From: Thermoanaerobaculia bacterium
GTDB taxonomy: Bacteria; Acidobacteriota; Thermoanaerobaculia; Multivoradales; Multivoraceae
DNA: 64,000 nucleotides
Reading direction: 5' to 3'
Assembly (NCBI GenBank): GCA_965200575.1
Contig: OZ241363.1
Span: forward strand, 2,391,131 to 2,455,130
The translations under genes were made by a program, and so were the position numbers. The first letter of the stretch is position 1, and every line of letters begins with the position of its first letter. Positions 56,719 to 64,000 of the stretch are shown piece by piece. The notes beneath the pieces are model-generated. The model saw nothing but the letters and a program-made list of their open reading frames with translations, was not told the origin of the DNA and searched no databases.

Positions 56719-57612
56719 ATGACGGAGTCGGGCAACATTCTGGGCAGGCTGGGCGTCTGGGCCGGGCTGGACGGGCTTTCGGCGGAAGGCGCCGCCGAGT
56801 TCGCGGCCACCCTCGAAGCGCAGGGCTACGGCGCGCTGTGGACGCCGGAAGCGGTGGGCCGGGACCCGTTCGCGCTGGTGGCCTGGCTTGGCGCCCGCAC
56901 GGAGCGGCTCGCGCTCGCCACCGGCATCGCGAACATCTACGCGCGGGACGCGATGACGACCCGGGCCATCCACAAGACGCTGTCCGAGATGCTGCCGGGC
57001 CGCTTCGTGCTCGGGCTCGGCGTCTCCCATCCGCACCTCGTGACGCACCTGCGCGGACACGAGTACCGGCCCCCGGTGCCGAAGATGCGCGAGTACCTCG
57101 AAGCGGTCGGCAACGCGTTCTACCGGGGCGCCGAGCCGGAGCAGGACGCGCCCATCGTCATCGCGGCGCTTCGGCCGCTGATGCTGAAGCTGGCTGCGGA
57201 AGCGGCCGACGGCGCGCATCCCTACCTCGTCACGCCGGAGCACACGCGCCGGGCGCGGGAGATCATGGGTGACGGGCCGCTTCTCTGCCCGGAACAGAAG
57301 GTCATCCTCACCACCGATGCCGAGGCCGCCCGCAAGGTGGGCCGGGCGAACCTGCACGTCTACCTGCGCGCTCCGAACTACCAGAACAGCCTGCTCGAAC
57401 TCGGCTTCGAGGAAGACGACTGGAAGGACTGGCAGGCCAGCGACCGGCTGGTCGACGCCCTCGTCGCCTGGGGCACGGAGGACGCGATCCGCGAGCGCAT
57501 CGGGGCCCATCACGACGCCGGGGCGGACCACGTCTGCATCCAGGCCTTCCGCCCCGACGGCAAGCCGGGCACGGACATGGACGCGCTCGCCGCCCTGGCG
57601 CCGGGGCGTTGA
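56719..57612 (+). CDS. Luciferase-like monooxygenase (LLM) class oxidoreductase, possibly F420-dependent
   Basis: 297 aa TIM-barrel LLM protein with GLGVSHP and the typical N-terminus. Confidence 0.65.
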   Translation: MTESGNILGRLGVWAGLDGLSAEGAAEFAATLEAQGYGALWTPEAVGRDPFALVAWLGARTERLALATGIANIYARDAMTTRAIHKTLSEMLPGRFVLGLGVSHPHLVTHLRGHEYRPPVPKMREYLEAVGNAFYRGAEPEQDAPIVIAALRPLMLKLAAEAADGAHPYLVTPEHTRRAREIMGDGPLLCPEQKVILTTDAEAARKVGRANLHVYLRAPNYQNSLLELGFEEDDWKDWQASDRLVDALVAWGTEDAIRERIGAHHDAGADHVCIQAFRPDGKPGTDMDALAALAPGR

Positions 57613-57748
57613 TGGCGCAGCTCCGCTACCAGAGCCAACCGTCAGTTCGGGAGGCAACTCGCCCGCGACAGCTCGCGGACGGCGACTCGTGGACTGCCTC
57701 TCGGCAACCGTCCCTGCCGCACAACCGCCAACCTGGGGAGACCACCGG

Positions 57749-59011
57749 ATGACTCATCACGATCACGCTCATGACGCGCTTCGCCGGCCCGCGCCGGCAT
57801 CGCTCGCACTTGCCGCGCTCGTCGCCGCGGTCGCCCTGTTCGGCGCCGCCTGCGCTTCCGAGGCGCCCGAGCCGGCGCCCGAACCCGTCGACCTGCAGGC
57901 GCCGCTCGCCGACCTCGACGACGGCTGGAACACGATCACGCCGGGCGGCTCGACCACCTGCTCCGACGGTTCGCCCTGGCACTTCTTTGCGCGGGCCGCG
58001 GACCCGACCAGGCTCGTCTTCTACCTGCAGGGCGGGGGCGGTTGCTGGACGGCGGGCACGTGCGACCCGGACGGCAGGCCGACCTACACGATGACCGCGG
58101 TCGAGGAGATCCGGTCGCCGAGCGGCGCCGAGCCGGAAGAGGGAGCGGGCCACGGCATCTCCGCCTTCGCCCACCCGGAGAACCCCTTCGCGGACCACAG
58201 CTTCGTCTTCGTGCCGTACTGCACCGGCGACGTCCACATCGGCGACCGCGACGCGACCTACGAGTCCACTGCGACGGACGACGCGGACGCGCGCGAGTTC
58301 ACGATCCGCCATCGCGGCTACACGAACGGCAGGGCGGCGCTCGACTGGACGTACGAGCACTTCCCGGGCGCGGAGACCGTCTTCGTCACCGGTTCGAGCG
58401 CCGGTTCGATTCCGTCTCCGGTCTACGCCCGTCACTTCGCCGAGCAGTACCCCGCCGCCAGGGTCATGGCCCTGGGCGACGGCGCCGGCGGCTATCGGCA
58501 GATCGGCGACACCAGGCCGCACGAATCCTGGGGCACGCTTCCGGCGATGGCCCACTTCGCGAACATGGCCGACGTGACCACCGAGAGCTTCTCGTTCGAG
58601 ACGCTCTACATCCAGGCCGCGAAGGCCCATCCCGAGGTCATGTTCGCGCGCTACGACACGGCTGAGGACGACGTGCAGATTCAGTTCCTGAACATCGGCG
58701 GCGTCGATACCGCGGGCGGCCTCCAGCCGCTGCTCGACCAGAACGAGGCGGACATCGACGCGGCGCTCGAAGGCCAGAACAACTACCGGAGCTACGTCGC
58801 GCCCGGCGAGCTGCACACCATCCTGCTGCGGCCCGAGTTCTACAGCTACGAGTCCGACGGCGTGCGCGTCCGCGACTGGGTGGCGTCGCTCGCGGCCGGC
58901 GAGCCGGTCGACGACGTCCACTGCGGCAACTGCACCGGTTCGCCCGAGCCGACCGGTTCACCCGAACCAGAAGGCGCCGCAGAGGCCACGGAAGCCACCG
59001 GCGGCCCCTGA
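57749..59011 (+). CDS. Pectin-acetylesterase-family hydrolase lipoprotein
   Basis: A lipobox LFGAAC is present, with the PAE motifs YLQGGGGCW and YCTGDVHIGD. Confidence 0.55.
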   Translation: MTHHDHAHDALRRPAPASLALAALVAAVALFGAACASEAPEPAPEPVDLQAPLADLDDGWNTITPGGSTTCSDGSPWHFFARAADPTRLVFYLQGGGGCWTAGTCDPDGRPTYTMTAVEEIRSPSGAEPEEGAGHGISAFAHPENPFADHSFVFVPYCTGDVHIGDRDATYESTATDDADAREFTIRHRGYTNGRAALDWTYEHFPGAETVFVTGSSAGSIPSPVYARHFAEQYPAARVMALGDGAGGYRQIGDTRPHESWGTLPAMAHFANMADVTTESFSFETLYIQAAKAHPEVMFARYDTAEDDVQIQFLNIGGVDTAGGLQPLLDQNEADIDAALEGQNNYRSYVAPGELHTILLRPEFYSYESDGVRVRDWVASLAAGEPVDDVHCGNCTGSPEPTGSPEPEGAAEATEATGGP

Positions 59012-59197
59012 CCCGCTCGGGAGTCGGGACCCTGGCTTTCGACGCCCGGATGTCTGCGGGCCTGGCTGCCTGCCGGGCAGGCGACGCCTGCGAAGGGAAC
59101 GGGGACTTCGCGCGAACCAGCCGCGTCCGTCGGAACGGCCGTGTGCCGGCCGAGTACGGCATGCGTACGCCGTACGCGGGTCGCGCGGCCGGACGCG

Positions 59198-60337
59198 CTA
59201 CTCCGGGAACAGGCTCTCGTCGATTGCGGGGATGATCTTCAGCGCGTTGCGGAAGTAGATCTTCTCCAGTACCTCGTCGGAGAGGTCAAGCCCGTACATC
59301 TTCCAGTGGGCGTGGCGCTTGCGGTAGTAGTCGAAGTACTCGTCCGGGGTCTCCAGCACCCGGAAGTAGACGTGGTACTCCTCGGGCGGGCCCCAGGAGT
59401 CCTTGCCCATCAGCACGCGGTCCTGGTACTTCGTCAGGAAGGCTGCGGCGGTGCGGGGCTGGCGACCCAGCTCGGCCAGCACGGCGCCCATCTCCGTGTA
59501 GACGTTGGGCAACTCGTCGAGCAGCTTGCCGAGCCGTTCCAGGTCGTTGCCCAGCCAGCCCAGGTGCGCGTTGATGAAAGTCGTGCCGGGATGGTTGCGG
59601 AACAGGTTGTGCTGCTCGGCCATCGTCTGCTCGTAGGAGGCGAAGCGCGAGGCGTCGTCGCGACGACGACGCGGGAACTGCTTGAGCTCCAGCCAGCGCT
59701 CGTTGTGCTTGTCCCACGGTTCCCAGAAGGGCGACGGCTCGCCCACGTGGATGAGCACCGGAATCCCCAGCTCGCCCGCCTTCGCCCACACCGGGTCGAC
59801 GCGACGATCGTCTGCGGCTATCCGCTTGCCGGCGCTGTCGGTCACGAACATGCCGAGGTTCTTGTAGATCTTGAGCCCGGCGGCGCCGGCCTTCACGTCC
59901 GCCTCGAGCTGCGCCGCAGCCTTCTTCCCCCAGCCCGGCTGGTCGACGCCGGAGAAGTTCACGTTCGCGTAGACCACGAACCGGCCCGGGTAGCGCCCGG
60001 CGGTACCCGCGATGTTGGCCTTCAGGGTGTCCCCCGAACCACCGCTCAGGTTGACGAACGTGACCAGGTTCATCTCGTCCATGACCCGGACCATCTCGTC
60101 GATGCGGGCCGGGTCGGCGCCCCGCAGGTGGCCGTGGGCATCGACGAACGGGAACTTCGCCCGGGTGACCGGCCCGCCCGGCACCTTCAGGGTGGAAACC
60201 GGCTCGTACTCCTCGACTGTCATCTCCTGACCGGCGGCCGGAACGGCCAGCGCCGCCTGCAGGAGGAACGCCGCAAGCAGCAGGCGCCCGGCGGCGCAAC
60301 GGGTCGGCGACGTGCAAGGACAATGAGTGGACGGCAT
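59198..60337 (-). CDS. Amidohydrolase-family (TIM-barrel metal-dependent hydrolase) protein
   Basis: A signal peptide is present. The His-x-His metal site is in FPFVDAHGHL. A GGAGGA ribosome-binding site is present. Confidence 0.65.
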   Translation of the reverse strand: MPSTHCPCTSPTRCAAGRLLLAAFLLQAALAVPAAGQEMTVEEYEPVSTLKVPGGPVTRAKFPFVDAHGHLRGADPARIDEMVRVMDEMNLVTFVNLSGGSGDTLKANIAGTAGRYPGRFVVYANVNFSGVDQPGWGKKAAAQLEADVKAGAAGLKIYKNLGMFVTDSAGKRIAADDRRVDPVWAKAGELGIPVLIHVGEPSPFWEPWDKHNERWLELKQFPRRRRDDASRFASYEQTMAEQHNLFRNHPGTTFINAHLGWLGNDLERLGKLLDELPNVYTEMGAVLAELGRQPRTAAAFLTKYQDRVLMGKDSWGPPEEYHVYFRVLETPDEYFDYYRKRHAHWKMYGLDLSDEVLEKIYFRNALKIIPAIDESLFPE

Positions 60338-60581
60338 GATCTCGGGTCCTCCGGGTTCAACGGGCCTCGCGGCCGTCTGGAGCGCACTCGCGGGTGCCCA
60401 ACCGTCGGCGAGTCTACGGGATTCGCTTGCTGCCCGACGCCGGCGGGCAGAGCCACGGCGCACCCACCGGACCTTCCGCCTCAGGTCTTCGGCAGATCAC
60501 GACGTCGAGCCGCAGGTCCGCAGACCCCGCCGCCGCTCTCGCGACGGCGGCGCCCCGACCGGGCCGCGTATACTCGCGCCG

Positions 60582-60860
60582 ATGTCGATGGTGCGCGCCG
60601 CGGAGGTCGTCGTGCTGCTGTGCACCGTGTACATCGCCTGCGGGCTCGTGTTTGCGCCCCTGTTCGCCTGGCGCGGCCTGGGCCGGGTCGATCCGGCGGC
60701 GAAGTCGGCGCGCATCGGGTTCCGGCTGATCATCCTGCCGGGCACGGTCGCTCTCTGGCCGCTGATGCTCCGCCGCTGGCTGGCCGGCGGGGCGCCGCGG
60801 CCCGAACGCAACGCCCACCGCGACGCGGCCGCGGGTCGCGCGCAGCGGCAGCGCCCATGA
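60582..60860 (+). CDS. Small two-TM membrane protein
   Basis: 92 aa. It is the first gene of an overlapping operon. Confidence 0.4.
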   Translation: MSMVRAAEVVVLLCTVYIACGLVFAPLFAWRGLGRVDPAAKSARIGFRLIILPGTVALWPLMLRRWLAGGAPRPERNAHRDAAAGRAQRQRP

Positions 60861-61060
60861 TCCGCCCGCTGCGACGGCGCCACCGGCTGATCTGGGCCGT
60901 CCTGGCCCCGGCGGTCGCGGCCCTGCTCGCCGCCGCCCTGCTGTCGAGGCCGGAACCGCCCCTGGCGGGCGAGCTGCCCGGCGGATCGGAACCACCGTCC
61001 GCCGCAGCAGGCTCCGCCAGCGACTCACCTCCGGCGGCACCCGGGAGCGACCAGCCGTGA
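60857..61060 (+). CDS. Small single-TM protein
   Basis: 67 aa. It overlaps the stop of the previous gene and the start of the next gene. Confidence 0.35.
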   Translation: MIRPLRRRHRLIWAVLAPAVAALLAAALLSRPEPPLAGELPGGSEPPSAAAGSASDSPPAAPGSDQP

Positions 61061-62199
61061 GCGCCGGCTACCAGGCCGTTCTCTGGAACCGCAACAAGAA
61101 GCGCTACGACCTGGCCATCGCGGTCGGCGTCGTCGTCTTTCTCGGCCTGTTCGTCGGCATCAGCGCAGCGACGCGGCCGCTGGCGACGATCGAAACCCTG
61201 CTGATCCGAGGCTTCGGCGCCGGAGCGCTGATCCTGCTCCACGTCGTGCTCGCCATCGGCCCTCTGTGCCGCCTGGACCGCCGCTTCCTGCCCCTGCTGT
61301 ACAACCGGCGCCACATGGGCGTCTCGATGTTCCTGCTGGCTTTCGCCCACGGCGCCTTCGCGACCGTCCAGTTTCACGGCCTCGGGGTCCTCCACCCCAT
61401 CGTCAGCCTGCTGACCAGCAACGGCAGCTACGACCGCCTGGCCCAGTTCCCGTTCGAGCCGCTGGGTCTGGTGGCGCTCGTCATCCTGTTCCTGATGGCC
61501 GCCACCTCGCACGACTTCTGGCTCGCGAACCTGACCGCGCCGGTCTGGAAGTCGCTCCACATGCTGGTCTACATCGCCTGGGCCCTGGTTCTGCTGCACG
61601 TGGCGCTCGGCAGTCTGCAGGCCGCCGAACGGCCCTCCATCCTCGCCGGTCTGCTCGGTCTCGGCTTCGCGGTTATCGCCTCGCTGCACCTCGTCGCGGG
61701 CTGGAAGACGCGGGCCGCTCTGCCCGCGGGCAGCCCGCTGAGCCATTCAGCCAGCAGCGCGCAGGGCGGCGCGGCGGACGATCCGGTCAACAGCGAGGTT
61801 GACCTCTGCTCCGTGGATTCGCTTGAACTCGACCGCGGTCGCGTGTTCCTGCTCTCCGGCGAGCGAATCGCCGTCTTCCGCTACCGGGTCGAGGACCGCG
61901 GCGAGCGCATCGCGGCCGTTTCGAACGTCTGCCAGCACCAGAACGGACCGCTCGGCGAGGGCCGGGTGATCGACGGCTGCATCACCTGCCCCTGGCACGG
62001 CTACCAGTACCGGCCCGAGGACGGCTGCTCGCCGCCGCCGTTCACCGAGCGCATCCCGACCTTCAACGTCCGCGTGCAGGATGGCCGCGTGCTCGTCGAC
62101 CCACGGCCGAACCCGCCCGGAACCCGCACCGAGCCGGCCCGCTTGACCGAGCCCCACACGACCCGGCAGCCGGCGACCCCGGAAGCGGCGATCTCGTGA
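61057..62199 (+). CDS. Ferric-reductase-like di-heme b transmembrane domain fused to a Rieske [2Fe-2S] domain
   Basis: Three TM helices carry His pairs (LLHVVLAIG, FLLAFAHG, LLHVALG). The C-terminal Rieske motif is CQHQNGPLGEGRVIDGCITCPWHGYQY. Confidence 0.6.
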   Translation: MSAGYQAVLWNRNKKRYDLAIAVGVVVFLGLFVGISAATRPLATIETLLIRGFGAGALILLHVVLAIGPLCRLDRRFLPLLYNRRHMGVSMFLLAFAHGAFATVQFHGLGVLHPIVSLLTSNGSYDRLAQFPFEPLGLVALVILFLMAATSHDFWLANLTAPVWKSLHMLVYIAWALVLLHVALGSLQAAERPSILAGLLGLGFAVIASLHLVAGWKTRAALPAGSPLSHSASSAQGGAADDPVNSEVDLCSVDSLELDRGRVFLLSGERIAVFRYRVEDRGERIAAVSNVCQHQNGPLGEGRVIDGCITCPWHGYQYRPEDGCSPPPFTERIPTFNVRVQDGRVLVDPRPNPPGTRTEPARLTEPHTTRQPATPEAAIS

Positions 62200-63143
62200 C
62201 CGCGTCCCCGCCCGGCGGCGCAGGTCGCGGCCACGACGCCCGGAACGAGTTCTACGTCGGCTATCTTGACGAGACGCCTCGCGGCCTGGCGCGGTTCACC
62301 CGGCGCACGGCAATCGGCCTGGTTCTTCTCGGCGCGGGGCTCGGCGCCGGCCTGGCGCTGAGGCTCGAACGGTTCGACGAGGGCATCTTCGAGTTCGGGA
62401 TCGTCGAGGAGCACGATGGCGAGCTGCTCGTCGATCCTCATCCGCGTCTGGTCACGGCCGGCGGGCCGGCCGAGGGCTACCTGCTGGTCGCCGAGGGCAA
62501 GCACGGGATCGACGCAGGCGTCGCGGCGAGCCCGCCCTGGGCCAACGACGGAAGTCACACCAACGACGGCGGGGCGGCGGCGGCGCAAACCGTCAGCCTG
62601 GCCGGCACGCTGATCGAGAACCCGGAGGCGGCGATGCTGGAGGTCCACGCCATCGAGCTTCCCGGCGCCCCGGCGGCCGCACCCGCGACCACGGGACAAG
62701 CGACAACCGGTCCGGGCTCAAGAGGACGTGCGGCACCCTTCGGCCTCCTCGTCGCCGGGGAAACGCCGACCAGTCAGCAGACCGCCGGGCGCCTCGAAGC
62801 GAGGGCCGACGCAGCAACCGCGGCCGCGCCCGTTCACACCCTGGTCGGCGAGATCGTCGACACGAAGTGCTACCTCGGCGCCATGAAGCCGGGTCGCGGC
62901 AAGCCCCACCGAGGCTGCGCCTCGCTCTGCATCCGCGGCGGCATCCCGGCCGCCCTGCTGGTCCGGACGGAGGACACGCGGCGGGATCTGGTCCACCTCG
63001 TCGACACCTCCGGGCAGCCGCTGGGCCAGGAGCTGCTTTCATGGGTCGGCGAACCGGTCGCGGTCGCCGGTCAGCTCCGCCGCGCGGACGCTCGCCTGTT
63101 CCTCGCTGTCCACGCCATCGGCCCCGCCGGCGCCGGCTCATGA
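62196..63143 (+). CDS. Hypothetical membrane-anchored protein
   Basis: 315 aa with a Cys cluster (CYLGAMKPGRGKPHRGCASLCIRGG). It is coupled on both sides. Confidence 0.4.
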   Translation: MTASPPGGAGRGHDARNEFYVGYLDETPRGLARFTRRTAIGLVLLGAGLGAGLALRLERFDEGIFEFGIVEEHDGELLVDPHPRLVTAGGPAEGYLLVAEGKHGIDAGVAASPPWANDGSHTNDGGAAAAQTVSLAGTLIENPEAAMLEVHAIELPGAPAAAPATTGQATTGPGSRGRAAPFGLLVAGETPTSQQTAGRLEARADAATAAAPVHTLVGEIVDTKCYLGAMKPGRGKPHRGCASLCIRGGIPAALLVRTEDTRRDLVHLVDTSGQPLGQELLSWVGEPVAVAGQLRRADARLFLAVHAIGPAGAGS

Positions 63144-63964
63144 CCTGTCCGGCGCCCACAAGCCAGGCGCCGCCCGAGGCGACAGCCGCCGACTTACCCT
63201 GCCCCAGGTCACTGCCGACGGGCGAGATTCGCACCGGCCGCTACCGCCTGCGCTTCGCCCGCAGCGCCGGCGACATCGACCGGCTGCTGGCGCTCCGCTT
63301 CGAGGTCTTCAACCTGGAGCTGGGCGAAGGGCTCAGCGAGTCGGTCGCCACCGGCCGGGATGCCGACCGCTTCGACGAGTCCTGCCACCACATGCTGGTC
63401 GAGCACGAGGGCGGCGAAGTCATCGGGACCTACCGCATGCAGACGGCCGCGATGGCGAGGAGCGGCCACGGCTTCTACTCCGCCGGCGAGTACGGGCTCG
63501 AGGCCATCCCGACGCACATCCTCGACCGCTCCGTCGAGCTTGGCCGCGCCTGCATCCACCGCAATCATCGCAAGCGCACCGTGCTCTTTCTCCTCTGGCA
63601 GGGACTGGCGCGTTACCTGAGACACAACCGCTGCCGCTACCTGTTCGGCTGCTGTTCGCTGACCAGCCAGGATCCGGCGACGGGAATTCGGCTGTACCGG
63701 CAGCTCCAGTCGGCCGGGCGCGTCATGTCCGACCTGGACGTCGCGCCCCTGCCCCACACGCGGTGCGAGGCCTCCAGGCAGGAGGTGGCGGCGCTTCCGG
63801 ACATCGACGTGCCGCAGCTCTTCGCCACTTACCTGCGCTACGGCGCCCTCGTCTGCAGCCGACCGGCCATCGACCGCGAGTTCGGGACCATCGACTATCT
63901 GGTGCTGATGGACACGGACGGTCTGAGCCGGCGCACACGGCTGATCTTCGGGCTTGACGGATGA
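63140..63964 (+). CDS. GNAT-family N-acyltransferase, OlsB/putative-hemolysin-like
   Basis: The segments RLRFARSAGDIDRLLALRFEVFNLELGEG and ESCHHMLVEHEGGEVIGTYRM match the pattern of acyl-ACP-dependent N-acyltransferases of the OlsB type. Confidence 0.55.
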   Translation: MTCPAPTSQAPPEATAADLPCPRSLPTGEIRTGRYRLRFARSAGDIDRLLALRFEVFNLELGEGLSESVATGRDADRFDESCHHMLVEHEGGEVIGTYRMQTAAMARSGHGFYSAGEYGLEAIPTHILDRSVELGRACIHRNHRKRTVLFLLWQGLARYLRHNRCRYLFGCCSLTSQDPATGIRLYRQLQSAGRVMSDLDVAPLPHTRCEASRQEVAALPDIDVPQLFATYLRYGALVCSRPAIDREFGTIDYLVLMDTDGLSRRTRLIFGLDG

Positions 63965-64000
63965 TGCGAGGGATCCAGGAAACGCAGGCCAGGCAGTTGG

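Noticed and set aside
1-64000. Search for tRNA, rRNA, CRISPR arrays, integrase or transposase genes as mobile-element markers
   Set aside because: I found no T-loop-like GGTTCGAATCC motifs in the larger intergenic gaps, no repeat-spacer arrays and no recombinase-like ORFs. The accessory block at 8-13.6 kb has no recognisable mobility gene in this window.

Overview
This 64 kb window is about 70% GC and densely packed with genes. It looks like a chromosomal segment from a Gram-negative bacterium. I could not find rRNA, tRNA, CRISPR arrays, integrases or transposases. A VWFA protein of the type described in Acidobacteria, TonB-dependent receptors with a CarboxypepD_reg N-terminus, a TolB-like lipoprotein, a GPP34 protein and many PQQ and cytochrome c enzymes suggest Acidobacteriota or Gemmatimonadota; this is a guess. 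Most of the window is ordinary coding sequence. It holds a truncated sodium:solute symporter, rsgA, and a peptide/nickel-type ABC binding protein with two permeases but no ATPase. It also holds three PQQ quinoproteins and two Gfo/Idh/MocA oxidoreductases, one with a TAT-like twin-arginine N-terminus. One PQQ alcohol dehydrogenase carries a lanthanide-type D-W-D signature and sits next to a diheme cytochrome c. Further genes are a purple-acid-phosphatase-like enzyme, a TonB-dependent receptor, a NUDIX hydrolase, a haloalkane dehalogenase beside other alpha/beta hydrolases, an ArnT-like glycosyltransferase with an ICMT-like methyltransferase, an orphan CcmC, an LLM oxidoreductase and an amidohydrolase. 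Two unusual gene families stand out. The first is a pair of paralogs that fuse a cytochrome c domain to a PHM-like copper monooxygenase fold. The second is an operon that fuses a ferric-reductase-type di-heme b membrane domain to a Rieske domain, next to an OlsB-like N-acyltransferase. The most striking region is an accessory block at about 8.4 to 13.6 kb. There a secreted thermonuclease is followed by two diverged paralogs of an HsdR_N-type (PD-(D/E)xK) nuclease-domain protein with a C-terminal domain I cannot assign. Each paralog is followed by GFA-family genes, at least four copies or fragments, and most are broken by a repeat expansion, a frameshift and a stop codon. An Uma2-family endonuclease paralog in the block is broken by a 71 bp repeat-bounded insertion. 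This looks like a duplicated, decaying nuclease-centred module that may have a defence or selfish-element origin. I also noticed several non-coding repeat structures: a 6 x 17 bp tandem array, 25 bp direct repeats upstream of the ABC operon, and a 17 bp perfect palindrome. All calls come from reading the sequence and the ORF track. Several start codons are uncertain.
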